The position numbers were made by a program, and so were the translations under genes. Under the pieces are notes generated by a model. The model was not told where the DNA came from and ran no database searches. It was given only the letters and a program-made list of their open reading frames with translations. 64,000 bases of DNA from Octopus sinensis. Taxonomy: Eukaryota. Numbering within the stretch: the first letter of the stretch is position 1; each line of letters opens with the position of its first letter. Shown in pieces: positions 26,653 through 40,330 of this stretch. The stretch is taken from positions 55,614,001 to 55,678,000 of the forward strand of contig NC_043008.1 in assembly GCF_006345805.1 (NCBI RefSeq), written 5' to 3'.

Positions 26653-27109
26653 GCATTATACACACCACAGTTGATTCACATTCAGTTATAGCCCTTCCCC
26701 TTATAAAAATCTGCCTTATGCATAAGGTATTCTGTTTATTGATTTCTAGACTGATGATGGGGGAATGGGGTCAGGGAATAAAAAGCCGCTGATGATTAAT
26801 AACAATGGGATACCAAAATAGATGCCATAGAGTATCCATTAGAGTCCCCTATTTTAATGTTTGTGCCGACTCACCACACAGCCTTAAATAACAATTTAAT
26901 GAATAAGAAAAAAGAAAAAAATTATATTTCTCATAAAACGTAAGTTTTTTCAGATTAATATGTGGAAGAAGGAAATGAGATTGTGTGATGTTCATTGTAC
27001 CCCTAAGGGCATTCATGTTGTAAATAAAATGAAGTTGTTCTATAAATTAATAAAAATCTGAGTCATGGACTCCGACCTTAATTCTAACTTTACTAAACTT
27101 ACTTCCTGA

Positions 27110-28830
27110 TAATGGTTTCAAATTTTGGCACAGGTCCAGCTATTTCATGGGAGGGTTCGCTAGATGCCATCAGCCCTGGTACTCAAATGGTAGTTGTTTT
27201 ACCAACCCCAAAAGGATGAAAAGCGAAGTCAACCTCAGTGGAATTTGAACTTAGAACAAAAAGACAGACAAAAAGCCACTAAGCATTTTGCCTGAGGTGA
27301 TAACGATCCAGCCAACACACCACCTTGTCTTACTTCCTAATAATAATAGTAATAATGGTTTAAAATTTTGACAGAAGGACAGGTAAGTCAATTACATTGA
27401 CCCTAGTGTTCAACTGGTACTTATTTGGTTGAATGAAGGGTTGTATACTGAATACTTGACAGACACTGACTTTGCTGACAACATCGCTCTTATCAGTGAT
27501 TCTCTCTCCAATGCCCAGTCTCTTTTACAATCTCTCGAACAAGCCTCAAATTGTGTAGGTCTTTACCTCAATGAGGCCAAAACTGAATATATAAACAAGT
27601 GCCTGTCCAACAGTGATTGCATCATCCACACTCTCAACAGTGCGCCCTTAAATATGGTTTCTGATTACAAATATCTTGGATCATACATATCATCATCTGG
27701 AAAAGATTTCTAACTAGAAAGGTATGGCCTGGTCAGCCTGTAATGACATTCATAAGATCTGGTCATCAAATCTAAGTAGAGACTTCAAACTTGAAATATT
27801 CAAAGCCACAGTCGAACCAATTCTACTATATGGCTCAGAAACCTGGACGTTATCAAAGAAGATTGAGAGGCGGTTGGATGGAACCTACACTCGCCTCCTT
27901 ATGAGAGCTCAAAATCTCTCGTGGAAGCGTCATCCAACCAAAATGCAAATATATGGGAAACTACCACCTGTATCATCTTGTGTGAAAGGTAGAAGAGTCC
28001 AGTTTGCTGGACACTGTTGTAGAGCTGAAAACGAGGCAATTTCTACTCTTCTCCTCTGGAAGCCATCTACTCGCAATACCAGAGGGCGCACACCCTGATG
28101 TAATCTCCAGGGATACAGGCATCCAGCAACAGGACCTCCGTAATGCTATGATGGACCGTGAAGTCTGGTGTAGCATGGTAAATTCCATTGTCTCGACCAC
28201 GGTCAAACAATGATGATGATGATGATGGTACTTATTTTATCAACCACAAAAGGATGAAAGGCAAAGTCGACCTTGGCAGAATTTGAACTCAGAGCATAAA
28301 GACAGATGAAATGCTGAATAAGCATTTTATCCAATGTACTAATGATTCTGCCAGCTCACTGCCTTAATAATAATCCTTTCAGATATAGGTACAAGGCCTG
28401 AGATTTTGAGGAATGGGGAGGTGAGTTGATTACATCAACCCCAGTGCTCAACAGCTTATTTATCAACCCCACCAAAAGGATCAAAGGCAATGTCAAACTT
28501 GGCAGAATCTGAAGTCAGAATGGCAAGAACAAGAAGCAATACCGCTAAGCATTTTGTCTGGCATGTTAATGCGTCTGCCATCTTGCTACTTTAATAATAA
28601 TAATAATAATAATCCTTTCTACTAAAGGCACAAGGCCTGAAATTTTGGGGGAGGGGACTAGTTGATTATATCAACCCCAGTATTTCATTGGTACTTAATT
28701 TATCAACCCCGAAAGGATGAAAGGCAAAGTCGACCTCGGCGGAATTTGAACTTTGAACGTAGTGGCAGACGAAATACCGCTAAGCATTTTGCCCAGCATA
28801 CTAACAATTCTGCCAGCTTGCCACTTTGAT
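27110..28830 (-). mobile_element. Head-to-tail array of about 4 family E SINEs separated by (AAT)n
   Basis: The E domain repeats at about 27180, 27415/28230, 28440 and 28680. Confidence 0.85.
27427..28225 (+). pseudogene. 5'-truncated RTE-clade LINE (RT C-terminus), inserted in a family E SINE
   Basis: DFADNIAL, YKYLGS, PILLYGSETWTL and RRVQFAGH motifs; one stop and one frameshift; (TGA)n tail; 12-bp TSD TGGTACTTATTT at 27415-27426 and 28226-28237. Confidence 0.92.
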
Positions 28831-28864
28831 GACGATGATAATAATAATAGTAGTAATAAAAATG

Positions 28865-28898
<34 letters not shown>

Positions 28899-28915
28899 TA
28901 ATAATAATAATAATA

Positions 28916-29444
28916 AATGCCTTGATGAAGTACCAGACAGTGGCTCTCACGGCTTCTGATCTTAACTGATTGGAAGTGTTATCATGTACATTGTTTTGTC
29001 TTGGTATAAAAGTAAATATTCTGCTTGTCAGTTGTTTGACCTTAACTAGTTGAGCATGTCCCTTAGTGGCTGATGATATTTGCATCTCTGATCATGAACA
29101 GAAATAGTGGGGGAGCGTCCTAGCCATGTGTTGAGAGAGATTCTATGAGGTTTGAATAGTTCACCTCTGGAAACATGGGTGTTTCATTCAACATCCTTAA
29201 ACAACCCTTATTCAGGGACCTTTCGAGCAGGATGGGCTATTCGACTAGAAGAAAATTCCAACTGAGCCTCACCTGCAAGGTCATGCGCTGTTTATCTTAA
29301 TATGAGACCACCATGTCGTGCACATATGGTTGTGATGCATGTGCCTAGTGTACCCTTATCAGACGGGTAGTCATGATGGGTATACAGGGCTTCGTATATT
29401 TTACCCCAGTGTCACTTTGATGGCTTGCACTGCTCTCTCACTCA
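28916..29444. mobile_element. Repeat family F (about 560 bp, flanked by (AAT)n), internally deleted copy
   Basis: Homologous to 38201-38758 and 38834-39390. Confidence 0.85.
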
Positions 29445-29453
29445 ATAATAATA

Positions 29454-29500
<47 letters not shown>

Positions 29501-29559
29501 GGTGGTGGTGGTGGTGGTGGTGGTGGTGGTGGTGGTGATGGTGATGGTGATGGTGATGG

Positions 29560-29611
<52 letters not shown>

Positions 29612-30110
29612 CTACCTCAAAAAGAATATCAGAGCAGGCATAGCTGAGTTGATAAAAGAATACATTGAGATCTTAGCTGAATATATGGATTTGAAACGAC
29701 AGACAAGTGGTATGAACGCACCTGGGCTGTGATGGTGAATAATAAATTACAGAATTTTATGAGATTTCTCCATAAAGATAGAACATTTTATTGAAGCAAA
29801 AAGACCAGATATGTTTGCAGACAAAAAAAAAAAAAATGAGAGAGAGAAGAAAAATCAGTGTACAATCATAGGCATTGCAATGCCATATGTTGAGAAAATT
29901 GAAAAATTTTAGTACCTAGCCAGAAAGATGAAGAGATGGTGGAAGATGGAAAAGACAATTATTCCTGTGGTAATTGGTGTACTTGGACAACACAAAACTG
30001 TCACCTAAGAGGCTGAAAGATATTGGAATTGAGACTGGCATTATCAAACTGTAGAAAAGTACTATCATGTATTCTGTAAGAATCCTAAAAAAAGATTCCT
30101 GAGGTTTGGG
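29612..30110 (+). pseudogene. C-terminal fragment of an R4/Dong-like LINE (restriction-like endonuclease)
   Basis: Decayed YQSRHS, YGFETTDKWYE, IEAKRPD, IIGIAMP, IIPVVIGVLG and VRILKKI match the RHD..KWYEH..WDF..RPDI..PIVIGALG pattern. Confidence 0.75.
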
Positions 30111-30161
30111 GAGCCTTGTAAGTGGATTTCTTTAGATAGAAACTGAATGAAGCCCATAGTG

Positions 30162-30192
<31 letters not shown>

Positions 30193-30199
30193 GCACATT

Positions 30200-30458
30200 C
30201 TTTTATTCCTTTATTCTTTTATTTATTTCAGTCATTTGAGTGCAACCATGCTGGAGCACCTTAAATGGTTTTAGTTGAAGAAATCAACCCCATGTCTTAT
30301 TCTTTGCAAGCCTAGTACTTATTCTATTGGCCTCTTTACCAAACTGCTAAGTTACAGGAACAGAAACACACCAACATCAGTTACCAAGCAATGGCAGAGG
30401 GAAAAACAGACACACAAATACATACAAACATACATACATATATATACACGCACACACA

Positions 30459-30527
<69 letters not shown>

Positions 30528-30700
30528 CATACATACATATGTATATATATACACTGGGCTTCTTTCAGTTTCCATACACCAAATCCACACACAAGGCTTT
30601 GGTCAGCCCAAGGCTATAGTAGAAGATACTTGCCCAAGGCACCACACAGTGGGACTGAACCCAGAAATATGTAATTGGGAAGCAAGCTTCTTATGACATA
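30200..30700 (-). mobile_element. SINE family A
   Basis: Reverse-complement tail, body and head. Confidence 0.85.
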
Positions 30701-30712
30701 GCCATGATATAT

Positions 30713-30804
<92 letters not shown>

Positions 30805-31370
30805 CAGGTATACCTCACCTTACGTTGTTAATTGGTTCCAGGAGACACGACTTAAGTCAAAAAATGACTTTAAATTGTATAAATTGTCTCTACGCTATGC
30901 TAGGCTGAATTTACTTGTCTCTTAGCTAAACCGATAATAACCATTCCCATTATTTATGAATACATTTTCAATAATATTTGGTTAATAAGAACCATGTGTG
31001 CTAAAATCTTGTCCTTATTATGTACAATCATCGATACAGTTGTCCAACTCATCCCGAAAGATCGTGCAATTGCTACCACTTTTTCACCTTTTTCATAGTA
31101 TTTCATCATAGCTAGTTTATCTTCCAGTGTTATAGCATAATGCTTAGCACTTTCACAGTGAATTTTTTTAGGAGCCAAGGGGGCAAAAAATAAAGTCACA
31201 AATGAATGAGAATGAGAAAGTAGCTGATAAACAGACGTAAACAAATCTGAATTTAAAACTATTATAGTGACAATGATAGCTAATGGTAGATATTGGAAGA
31301 ACAGTGCAATATGAGCTCCAAAAGACTGATAAATAAAACACAGCTGATTTCATGATTTCATTCACTAACT
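30805..31370 (-). mobile_element. pogo/Tigger deletion derivative with CENP-B-type N-terminal HTH remnant
   Basis: TA-CAGGTATACCTCACCTTACG TIR; minus-strand ITLEDKLAMMKYYEKGEKVVAIARSFGMSWTTVSMIVHNKDKI. Confidence 0.75.
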
Positions 31371-31552
31371 TACACTACAGAGGAGAGACTGGTATGCATG
31401 GGTGACTGCTGGTCTTCCATAAACAACCTTGCCCCGGACTTGTGCCTGGGAGGGTAACTTTCTAGGTGCAATCCCATGGTCAGTCATGACCGAAGGGGTC
31501 TCAGATATATATATATATAATATATATATATATATTATATATATATTATATA

Positions 31553-31592
<40 letters not shown>

Positions 31593-31819
31593 TGTTATAT
31601 GTCTATTACAGCCAATCTTACCAATTGGTTTATCAAAAACATGTCTCTGAGTTTTTTAACAGAGAGTTGGGTTTGCTCAGTGATTAATATTTAACAGCTG
31701 CAGTATTATAACTGTACTAAGGTTGCATAATAATTTGCTCTGTAAATTGGGGCTAGAATGAATAGTTTGACGAAAATTGGGGTTCAGGGGAGTGTTAGGT
31801 AACAGTCTGATTATGCAAC

Positions 31820-32125
31820 CTTGCACTCTTCAGAGGTAGCCGGTATGGTATCCTCTGTGTGTGTGTGTGTGTGCATGTGTGTATGTGTGTGTGTATGTGT
31901 GTGTGTGTGCATGTGTGTTTGTCACCTCCCCATCATTCCTTGACAACTGGTGTTGATTCGGTTACATCCCCACAACTTAACAATTTGACAAAAGAGACTG
32001 ATAGAGTAACTCCCAAACTTAAAAACAAAACAAATTGTAAGTACTAGGGTTTATTTGTTTGACGAAAATCCTTGAAGGCAGTGCTCCAGCATGGCCACAG
32101 TCCAAATGACTGAAGCAAGCAGAAG
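31820..32125 (+). mobile_element. Degenerate family A 3' half
   Basis: TTGACAACTGGTGTT...GGCAGTGCTCCAGCATGGCC tail. Confidence 0.7.
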
Positions 32126-32439
32126 ATAAACAATAGTTATTATTTCAATACCTTTCATCAAAGTCTAATATATCAAGAAGGACCTGGGTTTAAACAACAT
32201 CACCACCAACACCATCAGCACCACCGCCACCTGTTTAGTATATGTTTCCTCTTGGTTACTTGAATTTACACTTAGGGTGTCTATAGTAGTTTGGCAACAT
32301 TCCAAAACACTGAATATTTCTCTCTGGGACGTATTTAATTCCATTTTGCTAGCACTTTGTCACAATTTGGTCATTAAATTATGATTGGGAGTTCATGGAG
32401 TCATCGGTTGCCAAAACAAGGTTCCCAGAACTAAGTCAT

Positions 32440-32730
32440 GCTAGTAGTAGTAGTAGTAGTGGTGGTGGTGGTGGTGGTAGCAGTGGTTGTTGTGGTGGCA
32501 GCGGTAGTGGTAGCGGCGGTGGTGGTGGTGGTGGTGGTGGTACAGTGGTGGTAGCAATGGTGGTGGTGCTGATGGTAGTAGTAGTAGTAGCAGTGGTGGT
32601 AGTGGTGGTAGTGGTGGTGGTGGTGGTGGTGATGTTGGTAGCAATGGTGGTGTTGGTGTTGGTGGTGTCGGTGGTGGTGGTGGTGGTGGTGGTGCTAATG
32701 GTGGTAGTAGTAGTAGCAGTAGTAGTATGG
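32440..32730. repeat. (GGT/AGT)n low complexity
   Basis: Direct reading. Confidence 0.95.
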
Positions 32731-32948
32731 TATATTTGTACTTTTATGATCAATGTTATTAATATCTCTTGACCTGATAAACAAACAGTTTTATTTTTCA
32801 AGATAGTGTAACATTTCAAATTTAAATGAAGAATTACTGGAGGAGAGCGTTTGATAAGTAAATAGGTGTTTGGTTACATCATTTCCTTCTGGGAAACTGA
32901 GGAGAAGGGCAAAATTTGGAACGGTGGATTAAGGTACACATGTCTTAC

Positions 32949-33008
<60 letters not shown>

Positions 33009-33254
33009 TTAACGTCCACTTTTCAATGCTTGCATGGGTCAGACAGAATTTATTGAGACAGATTTTCTTTGGTCAGATGTCCTTACTGTGGCCAACCCTT
33101 ATTTATTTTCAGGCAATGTAAAAAGATGAACGAAAAAAAGATCTTTGCCCTGTTAGGTGTTTGAACAAAGTGTCAAAGACTAGGATAATGGAGGGTAATG
33201 CGTTTATAAAATAACAAACGCTTCTGATAGGTTGACCACATCAGAAGCAGTTAC

Positions 33255-33645
33255 TCTCTTTACTCTTTTACTTGTTTCAGTCATTTGACTGCAACCATGC
33301 TGGACCACCGCCTTTAGTCGAGCAAATTGACCCCAGGACTTATTCATTATAAGCCTAGTACTTATTCTATCGGGCTCCTTTTACCGAACCGCTAAGTTAC
33401 GGGGACGTAAACACATCAGCATCGGTTGTCAAGCGATGTTGGAGGGACAAACACAGACACGCAAACATATACACACACATACATATATATATATATATAC
33501 ATATATACGACAGGCTTCTTTCAGTTTCCGTCTACCAAATCCACTCACAAGACTTTGGTCAACCCGAGGCTATAGTAGAAGGCACTTGCCCAAGGTGCCA
33601 TGCAGTGGGACTGAACCCGGAACCATGTGGCTGATAAGCAAAGTT
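33255..33645 (-). mobile_element. SINE family A, near full length
   Basis: Reverse complement of 327-720. Confidence 0.9.
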
Positions 33646-34489
33646 TCCATGTGTTTAAAACACTGAGTCAACCACCCTTCCACTATCATCACCATCATCA
33701 TTATCCTCTTAATGTCCACTTTTCCATGCTTGTCCAAATGCTCTTCCTGTGGCCAACCCTTATCTGTTTTCAAGTCCTGTAATATTTCCCCATGGCAATA
33801 TTTTCACAAAACATTGGAAACAATGACACTGCTTGTATGACATTGGCACAGTTACCACATGATGTCACACACTCACTCACATATATACATACAAGCCTTT
33901 TTGTGGATTAGGTAATGTGGAATGTAAAGGGTAAGAAAAGAGGGAGAGGAATAGAGAGATAGTGGTGGGAGAAAGTGTGTGTGTGCCTGTGTATCTGAAA
34001 GGAAGTGTTTTGAACAGGAGATAAAGAAAAAGAATGTTTTTAAGTAGGTGGCTGGAACAGATGCTTATTTTGGTTCAGCTAGCTCACCAGGGGGTCTGAA
34101 AGGAAAATGTTTTCAAAGTGAAAAAATGTGTCTTTTTTCTTAATGTCAATGGAAAATAGAAGGAAAGAAAGGAAGGAAGGAAGAAAGAAAGAAGAAAAAT
34201 GTGTTTATATCTATACAGTTGGTCAGTTCTTTCAATAGAAGATGACAAGTTGATTCTTGGTCAGTGAAACTGGCAAGAGGAAGTGGTTACTCTAAGTGGG
34301 GTCTGTTTTGATGAGGAATAATAGAAGTTATTTTTCGAAAATTTGTCTGGACTTATTATCATCACCATCATCATCATCATTGTCTAATGTTTGATTCCCA
34401 AGCTGGTATGGGTTGGAAAATCTAGATGCAAGAATGTCTCTATTTATGTATATACATACGCACACACACATATGCATATATCTTAGGGT

Positions 34490-35205
34490 TCCAGATGGGT
34501 TTATAAAGAAGTTGATGTGATTTTCATATTTTCAGCCATTCAGTTTGGGGGACAATTTTGCTATGAAGAGTTGTCCCATATTTTTTCTGAAGAAGGTGTC
34601 ATTCCTTGGGCATTTATAGAAGGGAAAGATCTTGAATCTTCCTTCTCCACGTGTTTCTAAGTGTTTACTTAGTGGAATTTTTTGTAGCTCTCCCTGTCAG
34701 ATTTGTTGCTGGTGAATTCTGGCTCATTGGCATAAAGAATTGCCAGTTTCACCTATATAGTTCTCCTTGCATGTGAGACAGGTTATGTAATATATTAAGT
34801 TTTGTGTCTTGCAATTCATGTTTGCATTTGCTTTGAATGTGTGTCCACTCTTAAATTTTATTTGGTTGTTTTCCTTTATATATTTGTAGATGGGGTTACT
34901 GCAGATCCCACATCTATTATCTCTACATTCTTTCACAAAGAATTCGGTTTCATTCTCTGATGAGAATTTTGCTCTTGTCATTTGTTTCTTCAGGATTTTC
35001 TCTTGGCCTTTACTGTTTTTCATGCAGTATTTGTTTAATAGGTTTCCCATTTTGGAGCTTTGTAGGACTATTGGTAAGTTTGGTTGTATAATTTGAAACA
35101 TGTTGGTAACTCCAGGGTTGTGTGTACTTATGAATGAGATGATGTTTTCTTTGTTTTTCTTTTTTGGAGTTCTGAGTTGTGTGATGTCCAATTTCATTGC
35201 TCTTG
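34490..35205 (-). pseudogene. Penelope-like element fragment: CCHH linker plus GIY-YIG endonuclease
   Basis: FISTHNP, C..NRCGIC, NCKTQNLIYYITCLTCKENYIGETG, then ARIHQQQI...PLSKHL in a continuing frame. Confidence 0.85.
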
Positions 35206-35219
35206 ATATATATATATAT

Positions 35220-35729
35220 ATCATCATCATCATCATCATCGTTTAGCGTCCGCTTTCCATGCTAGCATGGGTTGGACGGTTCAACTGGGGTTTGGGAAGC
35301 CAGAAGGCTGCACCAGGTCCAGTCTGATCTGGCAATGTTTCTACGGCTGGATGCTCTTCCTAACGCCAACCACTCCGTGAATGTAGTGGGTCCTTTTTAC
35401 GTGCCACTGGCACAGGTGCCAGGCAAAGCTAGCAACAGCCACGATTATTTGGGGCTTTTTACGTGCCACCGGCACGGGGCCAGGCAAGTCTGGCAATGGC
35501 CATGAACAGATGGTGCTTTTTACGTACCACCGGCATGAGGCCAGTCGGAGCGGCGCTGGCAACAGCCACGTTCAGATGGTTCTCTTACGTGCCACCGGCA
35601 CTGGTATCACAGCTGCAATTTCCATTGATGTTGATCAATTTCGATTCTCACTTGCCTCAACAGGTCTTCACAAGTAGAGTTTTGTGTCCCAAGAAGGAAA
35701 GGTATGCATAAGTGGACTGGCTACATCCC

Positions 35730-35730
<1 letters not shown>
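35220..35730 (-). mobile_element. Long family B element with internal ACGTGCCACCGGCAC sub-repeats
   Basis: (CAT)n, family B 3' end and four sub-repeats. Confidence 0.85.
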
Positions 35731-35764
<34 letters not shown>

Positions 35765-35969
35765 GTGTGTGTATGTCTTTGTCTTTGTGTTTGTCCCCCA
35801 CCACCACCACCATCGCTTGACAACCAATACTGGTGTGTTTATGTCTCTGTAACTTAGTGGTTCGACAAAAGACGCTCACAAAGAATAAGTCCTGGGGGCA
35901 ATTTCTTCAACTAAAACTCTTTAAGGCGGTGCTCCAGTATGACCATAGTCACATGACTGAAACAAATAA

Positions 35970-36330
35970 AAGGCACCGAGCTGGCAGAAACGTCAGCACA
36001 CCGGGTGAAATGCTTAGCAGTAGTTCATCTGCCACTACATTCTGAGTTCAAATTCCGCTAAGGCCGACTTTGCCTTTCATCCTTACAGGGTTGATTAAAT
36101 AGTACCGGTTATGCACTGGGTTCGATATAATCGACTTAATCCATTTGTCCTTCGTCTGGCACTACATTGAGTTCAAATTCCACCAAGGCCAACTTTGCCA
36201 TTCATCCTTTCGGGGTCAATTAAATAAGTACCAGTTATGCACTGGGGTCGATATAATCGACTTAATCTGTTTGTCTGTCCTTGTTTGCCCCTCTATGTGC
36301 AGCCCCTTGTGGGCAGTAAAGAAATAACAA
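35970..36330 (+). mobile_element. SINE family E with an internal duplication of about 120 bp
   Basis: GAGTTCAAATTCC...GGGTCGATATAATCGACTTAATC occurs twice. Confidence 0.85.
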
Positions 36331-36899
36331 GTAAAAGAATATATGACACTCATAAGGCTTTGGTCAGCCTGAAGCTATAACAGAAGACACTAGCCCAAGA
36401 TGCCACATGGTGGGATTAAACCTGAAACCATGTGGTTGGGAAGCAAGCTTCTTACCACACAGCCACACCTGCACCTATTACTTCAGGTAAATCAAAAAAA
36501 CTACTGAATGTTCCAGGATGGTGTGAAAACTGTTACAGTTGCCAAAATGTTTTGTAAAAAGAGTTAACCAACAGAAATACCCCTTAATTAAAAGGAATGG
36601 AAACACAACATCAACAATATGAATGGAATTTCAAAACTGTAAGTTTGTGGTTTCTGCCACCTGTACATTAAAATGGGTTGTATAAAGGGGTTTTGGTAGG
36701 GGTAAGAAGCTACATGTCAATCTTATGATCAAGCTAATGAGATTTGGGCTAGATTTTAGCTTGGAGTTGATCACTGACAGATCTAGGTTGTAGTGAAAAA
36801 GGAAAAAACTATGTCACTAACCTCTAAATAAAATCTAGGTCAACAAATGCAACTAGGTCACAAGATGGATGATTTATACGTTGGATAACTTGCGTAGGT

Positions 36900-37250
36900 G
36901 TGTGCCTGTGTAATTTTCTGTGTGTATGTGTTACAATACACACATGCATGCTCATGTACATTTATATAAGCCTGCATGTGTGCATGCATAATGAATGCAA
37001 GTTTAATCAACACATACTTACACACACACACACGCGCACACACACACACACATACACACACACACTCACACACACATGCACAGACACTAATACAAAAATG
37101 CACATACACAAACACACACACATACAACCACACACACGTATAGATACAAAGTATGTACATGTATATATTATGTACATATATATATATAAGATGTGTGTAT
37201 AAATATATAAGTATATATATACATATACATACATAAAAATACATTCATAC

Positions 37251-37287
<37 letters not shown>

Positions 37288-37368
37288 CATATACATATAT
37301 ATATACATATACATATATTTATATATATATATATATTATCTCTCTCTCTCTTTCTATCTCTCTCTCTT

Positions 37369-37401
<33 letters not shown>

Positions 37402-37444
37402 TATCTCTCTCTCTCTTCTCTCTCTCTTTCTATCTCTCTCTCTT

Positions 37445-37481
<37 letters not shown>

Positions 37482-37482
37482 C

Positions 37483-37545
<63 letters not shown>

Positions 37546-37900
37546 TGGATCTCTGGTTTGACCATGAAGATTCAGTAATTTGATTTGCTGAAATGTCTGT
37601 TCCTGGGATTACTGTGTGACTCAGCATTCCACAGACACGTGTACAACTTAGCGTAACCCTCACGCAGAATCTGTAGGACACGTAATGTGTGTGCATGCAT
37701 GCATGTGTGTGTGTGTGTGCATGTATGTGTGTGCATGCATGTATGTGTGTGCTTGTGTGTGTGCACTTTCAACATTGCAGCTTATGACAATTACAATGAC
37801 AATGATGATGATGATGATGATGACGATGACAATGATGATGAGGAGGAGGATGAGGATGAGGATGATGGTGATGATGATGATGATGACGATGATGATGATT
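36900..37900. repeat. Compound microsatellites (CA, TA, TC, GAT)
   Basis: Direct reading. Confidence 0.9.
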
Positions 37901-38141
37901 CTAATTTCTAATTTTGGCACAAGTCTTGCAATTTTAAGGAAAGTGGCTAGTCAATTACATTGATGCTAGAACTTGACCGTTACTTTATTTTGTCAACCCT
38001 GAAAGGATGGAAAGTGAAGCTGACCTCAGCAGGATTTGTACTCAGAACTAGAATACGTCAGAAGAAATAGTGTTGAGCATTTTTTTTTGTCATACTCTTA
38101 CAATTCTGCCAACTCACCACTCTGTTATTAATAATAATAAT

Positions 38142-38177
<36 letters not shown>

Positions 38178-38200
38178 AATAATAATAATAATAATAATAA

Positions 38201-38757
38201 AATGCCCTGATGCAGTACCAGGCAATGGCTCTCATGGCTTCTGATCTTAACTGATTGGAAGTGTTATCATGTACATTGTTTTGTCTTGGTATAAAAGATG
38301 GGCTACAGCAAATATTCTGCTCAATACCATAGATTTGCTTGTCAGTTGTTTGACCTTAACCAGTTGAGCATGTCCCTTAGTGGCTGACGATATGTGCATC
38401 TCTGATCACAAGCAGAAGTAGTGGGGGAGCATCATAGCCATGTGTTGAGAGAGATTCTTTGGGGTTTGAATAGTTCACCTCTGGAAACATGGGTGGTTCT
38501 TTCAACATCCTTAAACAACCCTTATTCAGGGACCGTTTGAGCGGGATGGGCTACTCAACCTGAAGAAAATTCTAACTGAGCCCCACCTGCAAGATCATGT
38601 GCTGTTTATCTTGATATGAGATCACCATGTCGCGCACATATGGTTGTGATGCATGTTCCTGGTGTGCCCTTATCAGACGGGTAGTCATGATGGGTATATT
38701 GGGCTTCGTATATTTTACCCCAGTATCACTTTGATGGCATGAACTGCTCTCTCACTC

Positions 38758-38827
<70 letters not shown>

Positions 38828-39390
38828 TAATAAAATGCCCTGATGCAGTACCAGGCAATGGCTCTCATGTTTTCTGATCTTAACTGATTGGAAGTGTTAT
38901 CATGTACATTGTTTTGTCTTGGTATAAAAGATGGGCTACAGCAAATATTCTGCTCAATACCATAGATTTGCTTGTCAGTTGTTTGACCTTAACCAGTTGA
39001 GCATGTCCCTTAGTGGCTGATGATATGTGCATCTTTGATCATGAGCAGAAGTAGTGGGGGAGCATCAAAGCCATGTGTTGAAAGGAATTCTTAGAGGTTT
39101 GGATAATTCACCTTTGGAAACATGGGTGTTTCGTTCAACAACTTAAACAACCCTTATTCAGGGACCTTTCAAGCGGGATGGGTTACTTGACCAGAAGGAA
39201 ATTCTAACTGGGCCCCACCTGCAAGGTCATGCGCTGTTTATCTTGATATGCGATCACCGTGTCACGCACATATGGCTGTGATGCATGTGCCTGGTGTACC
39301 CTTATCAGACGGGTAGTCATGATGGGTATACTGGGCTTTGTATATTTTACCCCAGTGTCACTTTGACAGCATGCACTGCTCTCTCACTCA
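38201..39390. mobile_element. Tandem pair of family F elements (38201-38758, 38834-39390) separated by (AAT)n
   Basis: AATGCCCTGATGCAGTACC...CTGCTCTCTCACTCA occurs twice. Confidence 0.92.
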
Positions 39391-39409
39391 ATGATGATAA
39401 TAATAATAA

Positions 39410-39720
39410 TAATAATAATCCTTTCTATAATAGGCACAAGGCCTGAATGTTTGGTGGGAGGGATGTAGCCAATTACATTGACCTCACTACTCAACTGGTA
39501 CTTATTTCACCAACCTCAAAAGGATGAAAGGCAAAGTTGACCTCAGTGGAATTCAAACACAGAACATAAAGACAGGATGAAATGCTACTAAGCACTTTGC
39601 CCAGCAGTCAAACAATTCTGTCAGCTCACCCTCGATGGAATTTGAACTCAGAACATAAAAACCCAAAAGAAATACTGCTCAGCATTTTGTCCAACATGCC
39701 AATGGTTCCACCGGCTTGAA
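39410..39720 (-). mobile_element. SINE family E with a duplicated head
   Basis: The E domain is followed by two GAATT(C/T)(A/G)AAC(A/T)CAGAAC blocks. Confidence 0.75.
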
Positions 39721-39929
39721 TAATCAGTCATTTCTAATATAAACAGAAATTCTGAAGGAAGGTGGTTATTGGATTATATCAACCCCAGGGGTTTGTGTTC
39801 TATGCCTTGACCTGTGCATAGGACGGGGCCTGCCTTTTTGAGCTGGGAAATGAATGGAATGCCTGGTGTTTGTCTTGTTGTGGCCACCTACTCTTCAAAA
39901 ACGGGGAATAGGCCTGAGTATATATATAT

Positions 39930-40330
39930 ATATCATCATCATCATCGTTTAACGCCCGTTTTCCATGCTAGCATGGTTTGACAATTTGACCAGGGTCTGG
40001 GAAGCCAGGAGGCTGCACCAGGCTCCAGTCTGATCTGGCAGTGTTTCTACAGCTGGATGCCCTTCCTAACACCAACCGCTCCATGAATGTAGTGGGTGCT
40101 TTATACATGCCACTGGCACAGGTGCCATGGGAGGCTGGCAATGGCCATGATCGGTTGGTGCTTTTTACATGCTACCAGCACAGAAGCCAGTCAAGGCGGC
40201 GCTGGCATCAGCCACATTTGGATGGTGCTTTTTACGTACCACCGGCACAGATATCCAACTACAATTTCCATTTGATTTTTATTTGATGTTGATGTACTTG
40301 ACTCAATAGGTCTCCTCAAGCACAGCAAAC
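39930..40330 (-). mobile_element. Family B element
   Basis: Matches 35220-35730. Confidence 0.85.
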
